Assembly: GCA_050945835.1 (NCBI GenBank)
Contig: JBMNTR010000014.1
Span: 6,080-70,079 of the forward strand
From: Christensenellales bacterium
GTDB taxonomy: Bacteria > Bacillota > Clostridia > Christensenellales > JBMNTQ01
DNA: 64,000 bases
Direction of reading: 5' to 3'
The notes beneath the pieces were generated by a model that saw only the letters and a list, made by a program, of their open reading frames with translations, did no database searches and was not told the origin of the DNA. A program made the translations under genes and the position numbers. This document shows positions 1-8,550 of this stretch, in pieces (within the stretch, counting starts at the first letter, position 1; every line of letters starts with the position of its first letter).

Positions 1-780
1 TTTAATATTGATATCCAATATAATATTATCAATTATTTTGATGAAGCAGCACAGTTGAGCGTTCTGCAAAGTCTGCTTAAAGATAGAATCGATGGAATTA
101 TTCTAAGTCCCATTCATACGGAATCCATACAGAAGGCCATTGACAAAATAATTGCCGCTGGCATCCCTGTTGTAACCACTATGAACTTTGACATTCCAAG
201 CAGTAACCGCCTATGCTTTGTAGGACAGGACGCGCTGCGAGCCGGTATGATCGCGGCATCGCTGGTTGACGGTCTTTTGTCGGGGCGGGGAAAAGTGTTG
301 TTAATAACTGCCACAGGGCAGACGGATACCATATCCTACAGTGAAGATAGGCGTGTCGGATTTGAAAATATGATTAAAAGCGAGTATCCCAACATCGAAA
401 TAGCGGGGTATATTGTGGGCTATGATGATCCGATCATCATAGAACGAGAGGTGTCCTCTCTGCTGAAGGACAGTGATTGGCCAGACGGAATATTCATCAC
501 TGGTGGTGGTGTGGGTGTGGTGGGTAAGTTGCTGAAGGAATATGACAAAGAGCACAGGATAAAAGTTGTATGCTTTGAATGTTATCCGGAGATTATTCAA
601 CTTATTCAGGAAGGCGTAATCCACTTCACAATTGATAGCAACATGAAAAGCCAGGGTTATCTCCCTATAGAAATACTGATAAATTATTTGGTTTACAGAA
701 AAAAACCTCCGACCAGCGAGATTTATACAAATAGTGAAATCGTTGTAAAAGGAAGCCTGCATAAAAGTGAAAAGAAATGA
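1..780 (+). CDS. LacI-family-like transcriptional regulator, sugar-binding (PBP type 1) effector domain; 5' end off-window
   Basis: Frame 1 is open from base 1 (FNIDIQYNIINYF...) into ORF 55..780. Motifs DGIILSP, GIPVVT, CFVGQD and DGIFITGG are typical of LacI/RbsR effector domains. AT-rich like its neighbours. Confidence 0.7.
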   Translation, partial: FNIDIQYNIINYFDEAAQLSVLQSLLKDRIDGIILSPIHTESIQKAIDKIIAAGIPVVTTMNFDIPSSNRLCFVGQDALRAGMIAASLVDGLLSGRGKVLLITATGQTDTISYSEDRRVGFENMIKSEYPNIEIAGYIVGYDDPIIIEREVSSLLKDSDWPDGIFITGGGVGVVGKLLKEYDKEHRIKVVCFECYPEIIQLIQEGVIHFTIDSNMKSQGYLPIEILINYLVYRKKPPTSEIYTNSEIVVKGSLHKSEKK

Positions 781-866
781 TAGAAGAATTAGCCATTCTT
801 CTATAAAATTTTATTGAGTAAAGATCTTGCAAAACAAGATTCTATATGATAGTGTATGATTATATC

Positions 867-882
867 ATACGAGCACGTGCTC
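867..882. promoter_or_regulatory. candidate operator copy 1 (ATAC + GAGCACGTGCTC)
   Basis: Perfect 12-bp palindrome GAGCACGTGCTC at 871-882, preceded by ATAC. The identical 16-mer recurs at 974-989. Confidence 0.45.
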
Positions 883-973
883 CCAAGCAATTTTACAGTA
901 GTTTTAGATAATTTATATTTAGACGATTCCTAAAGAAGTTTCGATTGAAAAAATTGTATATAATTTTTGCATT

Positions 974-989
974 ATACGAGCACGTGCTC
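974..989. promoter_or_regulatory. candidate operator copy 2 (ATAC + GAGCACGTGCTC)
   Basis: Identical 16-mer, with the palindrome at 978-989. It lies just downstream of a TATAAT box (959-964) and about 75 nt upstream of the ABC ATPase start. Confidence 0.45.
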
Positions 990-1064
990 TAAAAATAAGT
1001 AATTGTCATGATCCACTAAAAGAAGCATTGCCAAAAAGAACATTTAAAGAGGTGAATATTGCTA

Positions 1065-2573
1065 ATGCAAGATGCTCAATGTATTCTGGAAATGAAGAAT
1101 GTTGTTAAAGACTTTCCGGGTGTCCGTGCGTTGGATGGAGTGAGTATTTCGGTTCTTCCTGGAACTGTTCATGTCATTTGCGGAGAGAATGGTGCAGGCA
1201 AGTCTGTCATGATGAAGATTATTGACGGCATTTATTGTCCTGACGAAGGTGAAATTTATTTTAAAGGTAAAAAAATAGGCGGGCATAGCATCGATGAATC
1301 CATTAAAATGGGGATTGCCATGATCTTTCAGGAATTAAACCCAGTATTGGAGACGACGATTGCAGAGAATATCTTTCTTGGACGCGAACCAAAAAAAGGA
1401 TTGTTTGTCGATTTTAAAAAGATGAATGCCGACACCAATGCGTTACTTGAGCAACTAAATATCCCATATAAAGCAACTCAAAAGATGAAAGAACTGTCCA
1501 TAGCCGGACAACAACTTATCGAGATTGCAAAAGCGATCTCAATGAATGCTGAGTTGCTCATCATGGATGAACCCACTTCTGCGATCGCAGATCACGAGGT
1601 TGAAATATTGTTCAATCAAATCCGCACACTTAAGGAAAAGGATGTTGCGGTTATTTTTATTACTCACCGTATGGAAGAGATTTTTCAGATCGCCGATGAA
1701 ATCACGGTTATACGCGATGGTAAATGGATATCCAACGGTCCATCTTCTGAATACACGGTCAGCAAGCTGGTCTCTCATATGGTAGGGCGCGATATTAAGG
1801 ATCACTTTCCAAAGGATGATACCGTACCCATCGGTGAGGTGGTGCTGGAGGTGAAAAACCTCACACAGGCACCTGAACATGGTGGGCGCTTTAAGGATAT
1901 TAGCTTTTCTCTCAGAAAAGGCGAGATATTAGGTTTTGCAGGTCTTATTGGAGCAGGTCGAAGCGAACTAATGCGCGCAATTTTTGGACTTGATCCTGTA
2001 ACGAGCGGCAATATCTATTTAAATGGAAAGAAATTAAATATACGACACCCTCACGATGCAGTAAAAGAAGGTATTGCGATGATCTCTGAGGATAGAAAAA
2101 CCTATGGATTGGTTTTAAAACGCAATGTGCATGAAAATATCTCCTTAGTCAATCTCACAAAATATATTAACAGATTACTTCTAGATGATAAAAAAATTAA
2201 TAAAGAAGCCCAAGAAATGAAGGAAACGCTGCAAATTAAAGTTCCCGATTTTAAAGTCATTACAAATACGCTTTCGGGAGGCAATCAGCAGAAGGTTGTT
2301 CTGGCCAAATGGTTGCTGGGCGACATTAAAGTCATGATACTCGACGAACCAACCAGAGGAATTGACGTTGGTGCTAAGGCGGAGATCCATAGACTTATGT
2401 GTAAATTTGCGCGTGAAGGCATGGCGATTATTATGATATCCTCCGAATTACCAGAAGTGCTTGGAATGAGTGATCGGGTTATTGTCATGAATGAAGGCAG
2501 AATCACCGGCACCTTAGATAGGTCTGAGTTCACACAAGAAAAGATAATGAAATTTGCGACAAGTGAGGTATAA
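1065..2573 (+). CDS. sugar ABC transporter ATP-binding protein (CUT2, RbsA/MglA type, two fused ATPase domains)
   Basis: Two Walker A motifs (GENGAGKS, GLIGAGRS), two signature motifs (LSIAGQQ, LSGGNQQK) and two Walker B motifs (LLIMDEPTS, VMILDEPTRGIDV). ATG 1065 lies 10 nt after AAAGAGGTG; the ORF track starts at TTG 1059. Confidence 0.9.
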   Translation: MQDAQCILEMKNVVKDFPGVRALDGVSISVLPGTVHVICGENGAGKSVMMKIIDGIYCPDEGEIYFKGKKIGGHSIDESIKMGIAMIFQELNPVLETTIAENIFLGREPKKGLFVDFKKMNADTNALLEQLNIPYKATQKMKELSIAGQQLIEIAKAISMNAELLIMDEPTSAIADHEVEILFNQIRTLKEKDVAVIFITHRMEEIFQIADEITVIRDGKWISNGPSSEYTVSKLVSHMVGRDIKDHFPKDDTVPIGEVVLEVKNLTQAPEHGGRFKDISFSLRKGEILGFAGLIGAGRSELMRAIFGLDPVTSGNIYLNGKKLNIRHPHDAVKEGIAMISEDRKTYGLVLKRNVHENISLVNLTKYINRLLLDDKKINKEAQEMKETLQIKVPDFKVITNTLSGGNQQKVVLAKWLLGDIKVMILDEPTRGIDVGAKAEIHRLMCKFAREGMAIIMISSELPEVLGMSDRVIVMNEGRITGTLDRSEFTQEKIMKFATSEV

Positions 2574-2577
2574 GATT

Positions 2578-2860
2578 ATGCGAAAAGTGTTAACCGGGAA
2601 AAAGATTGGGCAGATATATAGCAAAATTGGTATATTCATTATTCTGATTGTCATTGTAATTGCGTCTTCATTGGCAAGCCCTCATTTTCTGTCCACAGGG
2701 AATTTAACCAATATTCTTAAACAGATTGCCGTGGTAGCCATACTTTCACTTGGCGCTACATATGTCATCATACTAGGACACATCAATGTATCTTATGGCT
2801 CGGCTATTGCCCTCATTGGCAGTTTTTCCTGTCAAGTCATCTCTTTAGGATCAGTACTCT
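2578..2860 (+). pseudogene. truncated CUT2 sugar ABC permease (RbsC-like), only about 92 N-terminal codons
   Basis: ATG 2578 follows GAGGTA. The TM-rich sequence up to ...GHINVSYGSAIALIGSFSCQVISLGS matches the start of RbsC-type permeases. After about 2854 the frame runs antisense into feoB with no permease-like sequence. Full-length homologs (e.g. 7532..8527) are about 330 aa. Confidence 0.65.
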
Positions 2861-2914
2861 TGCACCCCGCAAGCATCATGGGTGCTAGCATAATGCTTTT
2901 TTACGCAATGCTTT

Positions 2915-5059
2915 TTAAGCAAGCCCCAGCAGCCGCGCCGTGCTGGCTACGATCAGACAGATCACAATGCCGCAGAGCGTGGGCGTGAGTATGGAAAAAA
3001 GGGTCCATTTTACGCTCTGCGTCTCCTTTTTGATCGTCAGACAGGTGGTGGAGCACGGCCAATGCATCAAGGAGAACAGCATGGTGCACACGGCCGTCAG
3101 CCATGTCCAGCCATTGTCTACCAGCAGCGTCTTCAAAGAAGCCAGGCTCTCATAATCCACCAGCTTGCCTCCCGCCATGTAGGCCATGATGATAATGGGA
3201 ATCACGATCTCATTCGCGGGAAACCCCAATATAAACGCCATCAATATCACGCCGTCAAGGCCTATCAGCCTTGCAAACGGGTCTAAAAAGCCGCTGCAAT
3301 GCGCTAAAATGCTCACGCCGTCTATGTGTATGTTCGCCATCACATAGATGATCAGTCCTGCCGGCAGCGCGACGCTTACCGCGCGGCCCAGCACGAACAG
3401 CGTCCTGTCCAATAGCGAGCGCACCAGCACTTTGCCGATCTGCGGCTTGCGGTAAGGCGGCAGCTCCAGCGTAAAGGAGGAGGGCATGCCCCTCAGCACC
3501 GTTTTGGACAGCAGCTTAGAGACGAACAGCGTCATCACTACGCTGAACACGATGACGCCGGTGAGCATCAGTGTGGACAAAACGCCCTGCGCGGGGGAGA
3601 GCGTAAAGCCCGCGAAGAACATGGTGATGATGGCGATCAGCGTGGGGAACCTGCCGTTGCAAGGCACAAAGCTGTTGGTGATGATGGCGATCAGCCGTTC
3701 CCGCGGGGAGTCGATGATCCGGCAGCCCACCACCCCCACGGCGTTGCACCCAAATCCCATACACATACTAAGCGCCTGTTTGCCGCACGCGCACGCGCGT
3801 TTGAAGTATCTGTCCAGATTGAAAGCGACCCTGGGCAGGTATCCCGCATCCTCCAGCAGCGTAAACATCGGGAAAAAGATGGCCATAGGCGGCAGCATGA
3901 CGGCGACCACCCACGCGACCACCCGGTAGACGCCGTCTACGAGCACACCGCTCAGCCAGATTGGCGCGTGGATTGCGCTCATCAGCGCTCCAAGCTGATC
4001 GCCCAGCCAGAAAAGGCCGTCGCTCAACAGCGCGGACGGATAGTTGGACAGGCTGATGGTGATGTAGAAAACGACGCCTAATAGCAGTATCATCACCGGT
4101 ATACCGGTATGTTTGCTGGTCAATATACGATCCAGCTTTCTGTCGAACTTGGTGTAATCCGCGTCCCGAAAGTGCACAACATCCCTGCACAGGTCTTCCG
4201 CGCAGCGTATGATGGAGGATACCACGCTGGAAGCAAGGGCGTTTTCGTCCAGCCCTTGCTCCTGTAGGATGCTCTTCGCCTGCGCTAAAGCCTCATCGAT
4301 CTCTGATTGCGCGTGCTGTGATATGCAGAGCTGTTCGCCCAGCGTGCGCATCAGCCCCTCGTCCCCTTCCAGCATACGCAGCGCCACCCAGCGCACAGGC
4401 AGCCCTGCGCACACCGGTGCGACAGCAGGCAGCAGCACATCGATGGCGTGCTCCACACCTTGGGCGTATCGTATGCTGTAGGGCTCCTGTTTGGCGGCGC
4501 TCGTCATCCCTTTTACGGCATCTTTGAATTCCTCTATGCCTTGGGCACTGCGTGCGCTCATGCCCACCACCGGCACGCCGAGTTTTTCCGACAGACGCTT
4601 CAGATCGATTTCGATATGTTTCTTTTTCGCTTCGTCCATCAGGTTGACACACACCACCACATCGCGTGTGATCTCGAGCACCTGCAGCACCAGATTGCAG
4701 TTGCGCTCCAAGCAGGTCGCGTCGCACACCACGGCGATCACATCCGGTGCGCCAAAACAAATGAAATCGCGCGCCACCTCTTCCTCCACCGAATGGGCCA
4801 TCAATGAATACGTCCCCGGCAGATCGACTACGAGGTAGTGTGCTCCCTCGTGCTCAAACCGCCCCTGCGCGTGCATGACCGTTTTCCCCGGCCAGTTGCC
4901 CGTGTGTTGGTTGAGTCCTGTGAGTTCGTTGAAAACAGTGCTCTTCCCCACATTGGGGTTGCCGGCGAGTGCGATGATGCGCTCGCCGGGCGTCTTCTTT
5001 TGAATGTTCAGTCCGCTTGCCGACGCTGAAAAGCCGGCGGGTGATGATGTCAATTCCAT
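2915..5059 (-). CDS. feoB: ferrous iron transport protein B
   Basis: N-terminal G-domain (ALAGNPNVGKST, DLPGTYS, NLMD) followed by a large polytopic membrane domain. ATG 5059 is preceded by GAAAGGGA; GTG 5083 is the ORF-track start. Confidence 0.92.
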   Translation of the reverse strand: MELTSSPAGFSASASGLNIQKKTPGERIIALAGNPNVGKSTVFNELTGLNQHTGNWPGKTVMHAQGRFEHEGAHYLVVDLPGTYSLMAHSVEEEVARDFICFGAPDVIAVVCDATCLERNCNLVLQVLEITRDVVVCVNLMDEAKKKHIEIDLKRLSEKLGVPVVGMSARSAQGIEEFKDAVKGMTSAAKQEPYSIRYAQGVEHAIDVLLPAVAPVCAGLPVRWVALRMLEGDEGLMRTLGEQLCISQHAQSEIDEALAQAKSILQEQGLDENALASSVVSSIIRCAEDLCRDVVHFRDADYTKFDRKLDRILTSKHTGIPVMILLLGVVFYITISLSNYPSALLSDGLFWLGDQLGALMSAIHAPIWLSGVLVDGVYRVVAWVVAVMLPPMAIFFPMFTLLEDAGYLPRVAFNLDRYFKRACACGKQALSMCMGFGCNAVGVVGCRIIDSPRERLIAIITNSFVPCNGRFPTLIAIITMFFAGFTLSPAQGVLSTLMLTGVIVFSVVMTLFVSKLLSKTVLRGMPSSFTLELPPYRKPQIGKVLVRSLLDRTLFVLGRAVSVALPAGLIIYVMANIHIDGVSILAHCSGFLDPFARLIGLDGVILMAFILGFPANEIVIPIIIMAYMAGGKLVDYESLASLKTLLVDNGWTWLTAVCTMLFSLMHWPCSTTCLTIKKETQSVKWTLFSILTPTLCGIVICLIVASTARLLGLA

Positions 5060-5094
5060 GAAGTCATCCCTTTCTATATCCACAGCTTTTCAGT

Positions 5095-5328
5095 CTAATG
5101 GGCCACGATCAGAATGTTCTGTGCGTCTTCAGCCCTCAGCGCGATGACAGCGCCCCGTATCAGATAGGCTGTCGGGTCACCCGAAGGGCTTTTTTGCAGG
5201 CATTGTACGCCGGTGCCTTCCACCAGCCCGATATCCAGCAGCCGCCTGCGTATGGCCCCTGTGTTCAATAGCCGTTCGACAGTCGCTTTTGCGCCTTCGC
5301 TCAGGCTGCTCAATGCTTGTTGGTTCAT
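5095..5328 (-). CDS. feoA: FeoA-family iron transport protein
   Basis: 77 aa with the FeoA/SH3-like signature (RRRLLDIGLVEGTGV...IRGAVIALR), directly upstream of feoB. Confidence 0.85.
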   Translation of the reverse strand: MNQQALSSLSEGAKATVERLLNTGAIRRRLLDIGLVEGTGVQCLQKSPSGDPTAYLIRGAVIALRAEDAQNILIVAH

Positions 5329-5363
5329 ATTCCATTACTCCTGTGCATATAAAGTTAGTTGAA

Positions 5364-5378
5364 GGAAACATTGTTTCC
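5364..5378. promoter_or_regulatory. candidate metalloregulator operator (GGAAACA-T-TGTTTCC)
   Basis: Perfect 7-1-7 palindrome in the divergent feoA / DtxR-like intergenic region, flanked by TTAG...CTAA outer half-sites. Confidence 0.4.
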
Positions 5379-5443
5379 ATATCCTAAACATATGCGCCAT
5401 TTTGGCTGTGTGTGACTGTTCAAACGGTACGGGGGTTATATAG

Positions 5444-5869
5444 ATGCAACAAAACGGGCAATTCAGGACGCTGAAAGGCTATCAAAGCCTCAAAAGCGGC
5501 GGTATCACCGAGACGATGGAAGACTATATCGAGATGATCTACCGGTGCAGTCAACAATATACACAAGTACGTGTAAGCACACTGGCCTCCATGCTCCATG
5601 TCAAGCCGTCCTCCGCCTCTAAGATGATCGGAAAGCTCAAGGAGGCGGGGCTGGTGCATTTTGAAAAATATGGCCCCGTCACCTTAAGCGCGCTCGGGGA
5701 GGATTACGGCGCTTACTTCTTATGGCGTCACAATGTGCTGCATCGTTTTTTTACGTTTGTCAACGGCGTGCCTCCCCGATTAAAGCAGGTCGAGCAGATC
5801 GAACATTTCATAGACGAACAGACGCTGCTCAACCTCGAAGCGCTTCTGGATCAGCTGGATGAACTGTGA
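5444..5869 (+). CDS. DtxR/MntR-family metal-dependent transcriptional regulator
   Basis: MEDYIEMIY...VRVSTLASMLHVKPSSASKMIGKLKEAGLV winged-helix region followed by a metal-binding/dimerisation region. Divergent from feoAB. Confidence 0.85.
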   Translation: MQQNGQFRTLKGYQSLKSGGITETMEDYIEMIYRCSQQYTQVRVSTLASMLHVKPSSASKMIGKLKEAGLVHFEKYGPVTLSALGEDYGAYFLWRHNVLHRFFTFVNGVPPRLKQVEQIEHFIDEQTLLNLEALLDQLDEL

Positions 5870-5961
5870 TCATTCGATGGACGAATGCATGGCGGGGGTT
5901 TGCTGATAGGTTATGGGCTGGTATTTCAAGCGAAGGACAGGGGTCGCCCGCACAAAGCAAA

Positions 5962-5985
5962 AAAGCTGCCTGTTCAGGCAGCTTT
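5962..5985. terminator. hairpin AAAGCTGCCTGTTCAGGCAGCTTT (copy 1), A/T-flanked
   Basis: 7-bp GC-rich stem with A-run and T-run flanks, downstream of the DtxR-like gene. The identical 24-mer recurs at 7486-7509. Confidence 0.6.
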
Positions 5986-7485
5986 CAGAGTGTCAAAGAA
6001 CCCCGATTTCCATTGTAGGAAATCGGGGTTTGTGTCATACATAAACAAAAACGCGCAGGGAAAAGGGCTTGATTAAGCCCACATAGCCAGTTTTTTGAGA
6101 TTCATGGCAGCAAATTTAAGCCTAACCCAGTTTCGCACCCGATTAAGCCCCTTGTGTAGCGTGTAGCGCATGCCATGCTTCTCCTTGGCATCCGCAAACA
6201 CACGCTCAATTGTCCGGCTTCGCAAACCGTAGCTTTCCCGCCCGGCAGGGCTGTGACGAAAGTCCTCGGCAGCATCCATGTGCCGTTCCCAAATGTGTCT
6301 TGTCACCACCTTCTGGTGATTGGCACTCTCCGTACACCGGCTTAAATACGGGCAGACTGCACAAATCTTGGGATCGCTCCTAAACTCCCGGTATCCATCG
6401 CGATTGGTTGTGGAATATCTCAGAACCTGATTGTTGGGGCAAAGTATGCAGTCATAGTATTCATCGTAGACATACTCATAACTGCGGAAAAATCCGAACT
6501 TGCTCATTGGGCGTTTGTATGCGGTGGAAAGGCTGCGCCCATCCTCCTGCACTTTTTTGCAGATCCACGGAGTTTTGTAGCCGGCATCCACCGCTACCGT
6601 GTGCACTTCTTCAAACTTCCCTACAGCCTTCTCATACACCCCGTCGAAAACTATGCTGTCATGGACGTTTCCAGGTGTTACCTCGCAGCTAAGGATAAAG
6701 TTGTTCTCATCACAGGCAACGTGGGCGGTGTAGGCAAACTCCACCTTGTGGTCACCCTTGTGAAAAAGTCCGCTCTCCGGGTCGGTGGTCGATCTGCTCA
6801 CTTCCTTCATCCCGCCTGTGCCGGATTCATTGCCGTCATCATTCCGATCTCGAAGAGCCTTCTTCCCATGCGCCGCCCGATCCGTGTTGATTTCCTCCCG
6901 AAGCTGTTCCTCGTACACGCGTGCTGTCTTTTTTGCCAAATCCTTGCGCCGTTTGTTCCGATTGGCATTGGCTTTGATGTGGGTTGCATCAATGAAGATC
7001 CGCTCCGCCTTGATATAACCTTTCGCCACCACCGCTTCCAAAATCCACGCAAAGATTCCCTCAAACACCTCGCTGGGAAACCGGCTCGCAAACGCGTAGC
7101 TGATTGTTGCAAAATGAGGAACCGGTGTGTCGATGTCGTAGCCGATAAACCAGCGGTAGGCGATGTTCATATCCACCTCTTTCGCCGTTTGCCTTAACGA
7201 TTTGATCCCGTACAGATGCTGTAGCAGCACCATTTTTACCAGCACCACCGGGTCAACCGCGGGGCGGCCGTTATCCGCGCAGTAGAGGTGCTCCACCATC
7301 TCATAAATTCCGCCGAAGTCAACCACCTTTTCGATCTTTCGCAGAAGGTGTCCCTCGGGTACCAGACTGTCCAGACACGTAAATTTTATGGCATACCTTA
7401 AGTCTTCTCCACGCTCAAACATTTTTATCACCATCTTTATTATAGCAAAAAAGACCGCATCATAGCGACCTTTTTTGACACTCTG
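5986..7485 (-). mobile_element. IS1182-family insertion sequence (1500 bp)
   Basis: 12-bp terminal inverted repeats CAGAGTGTCAAA (5986-5997) and TTTGACACTCTG (7474-7485). Single transposase ORF, flanked by identical 24-bp direct repeats. Confidence 0.85.
6073..7434 (-). CDS. IS1182-family (IS5-like DDE) transposase
   Basis: N-terminal LVPEGHLLRKIEKVVDF...GRPAVDPVVLVKMVLLQHLYGI and IDATHIKANAN match remembered IS1182-family transposases. C-terminal DAKEKHGMRY motif. Confidence 0.9.
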   Translation of the reverse strand: MVIKMFERGEDLRYAIKFTCLDSLVPEGHLLRKIEKVVDFGGIYEMVEHLYCADNGRPAVDPVVLVKMVLLQHLYGIKSLRQTAKEVDMNIAYRWFIGYDIDTPVPHFATISYAFASRFPSEVFEGIFAWILEAVVAKGYIKAERIFIDATHIKANANRNKRRKDLAKKTARVYEEQLREEINTDRAAHGKKALRDRNDDGNESGTGGMKEVSRSTTDPESGLFHKGDHKVEFAYTAHVACDENNFILSCEVTPGNVHDSIVFDGVYEKAVGKFEEVHTVAVDAGYKTPWICKKVQEDGRSLSTAYKRPMSKFGFFRSYEYVYDEYYDCILCPNNQVLRYSTTNRDGYREFRSDPKICAVCPYLSRCTESANHQKVVTRHIWERHMDAAEDFRHSPAGRESYGLRSRTIERVFADAKEKHGMRYTLHKGLNRVRNWVRLKFAAMNLKKLAMWA

Positions 7486-7509
7486 AAAGCTGCCTGTTCA
7501 GGCAGCTTT
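7486..7509. repeat. second copy of the 24-bp hairpin (probable target-site duplication; also serves as a terminator)
   Basis: 24/24 identity with 5962-5985, including the asymmetric loop GTTC. Followed by a T-run and lies downstream of the minus-strand permease gene. Confidence 0.7.
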
Positions 7510-7531
7510 TTTATCTTCAGTTTTGATCGTT

Positions 7532-8527
7532 CTATCTGTTCTTTCTATTCTTACGCTCATCGATCAATACGGCGATCACGATCACGGCACCTTTTACAAT
7601 CATCTGCAGGTTCGGGTCGATCTGCAGCATCGTCATGCCGTTTGTCAAAACGCCCATGATCAGCGCACCAATCAAAGTGCCCCAAGTCGTGCCTACACCG
7701 CCGGAAAAACTCGTCCCGCCGAGAACAGCGCCAGTAATCGCATCCATCTCATAGGTTACACCTGCCGCCGGGTTTCCGGCCATGCTCCTCGATGTCAAAA
7801 CCAAAGAAGCCAATCCGGTGAATGCGCCCGCGATGACATACACCATGGTCTTATTGCGGCCCACCCGAATGCCCGACACCTTCGCAGCCAGCTCATTTCC
7901 GCCAATCGCATAGACATAGGTGCCAAATTTCGATCGATGCAGAATAAAATACATGATAATGGTCGCACCCAGAAGAATATAAATCGGAACCGGAATCCCC
8001 AGCCAGCTTCCGCCTCCAATCGTTTCAAATGCAGGAGTAAACCCGTTCACCGGCTTTCCATTCGAAATGATATGCGTCATGCCGCGAGCTGCCTGCATCA
8101 TACCCAGCGTAGCAATAAACGGCGGAACATTCCCATAGGAAATCGCCACGCCATTGATCAGCCCGCACAGTGCGCCCGTCAAGATACCCGCTAAAACAGG
8201 CACAATAAAGGGGTATTCACCCATCGCGGAATCAGGTGTGAGCGGGTGTGCAAGCATTGCAGCCACCACACCGCATAAAGCGATGACCGATCCTCCGGAT
8301 AGATCCGTTCCTGCTGTGATAATAGGCAGCATAACACCCAACGCCATCAAGGCGATCGCTGTCTGTTGGCGCATAATATTGAAAATATTAGTCCAAGACA
8401 AGAACATATTGCCTTTTAGTATGGTCATAATAGCCATCATGCCAATCAGGATCAAGAGCGTCCCGTACATTGACAAAAACTTCGCCCGTTTTTCTTTCCA
8501 CGGTATTGTAGATTTAATCTTTTCCAA
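7532..8527 (-). CDS. sugar ABC transporter permease (CUT2, RbsC-like)
   Basis: About 10 TM segments. TAGTDLSGGSVIALCG and GGTSFSGGVGT motifs are typical of RbsC/BPD type-2 permeases. Confidence 0.9.
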   Translation of the reverse strand: MEKIKSTIPWKEKRAKFLSMYGTLLILIGMMAIMTILKGNMFLSWTNIFNIMRQQTAIALMALGVMLPIITAGTDLSGGSVIALCGVVAAMLAHPLTPDSAMGEYPFIVPVLAGILTGALCGLINGVAISYGNVPPFIATLGMMQAARGMTHIISNGKPVNGFTPAFETIGGGSWLGIPVPIYILLGATIIMYFILHRSKFGTYVYAIGGNELAAKVSGIRVGRNKTMVYVIAGAFTGLASLVLTSRSMAGNPAAGVTYEMDAITGAVLGGTSFSGGVGTTWGTLIGALIMGVLTNGMTMLQIDPNLQMIVKGAVIVIAVLIDERKNRKNR

Positions 8528-8550
8528 AGTAATCTCTCCCCCCGACTCTC

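Noticed and set aside
2861-2988. C-terminal tail of ORF 2554..2988 (…HPASIMGASIMLFYAMLFKQAPAAAPCWLRSDRSQCRRAWA).
   Set aside because: Past about 2854 the frame runs through a terminator-like hairpin and then antisense to feoB. This is not permease sequence.
5885-6076. 63-aa plus-strand ORF spanning the terminator and the IS left end.
   Set aside because: It crosses the hairpin, the IS inverted repeat and the transposase stop region. It has no SD and a low-complexity translation.
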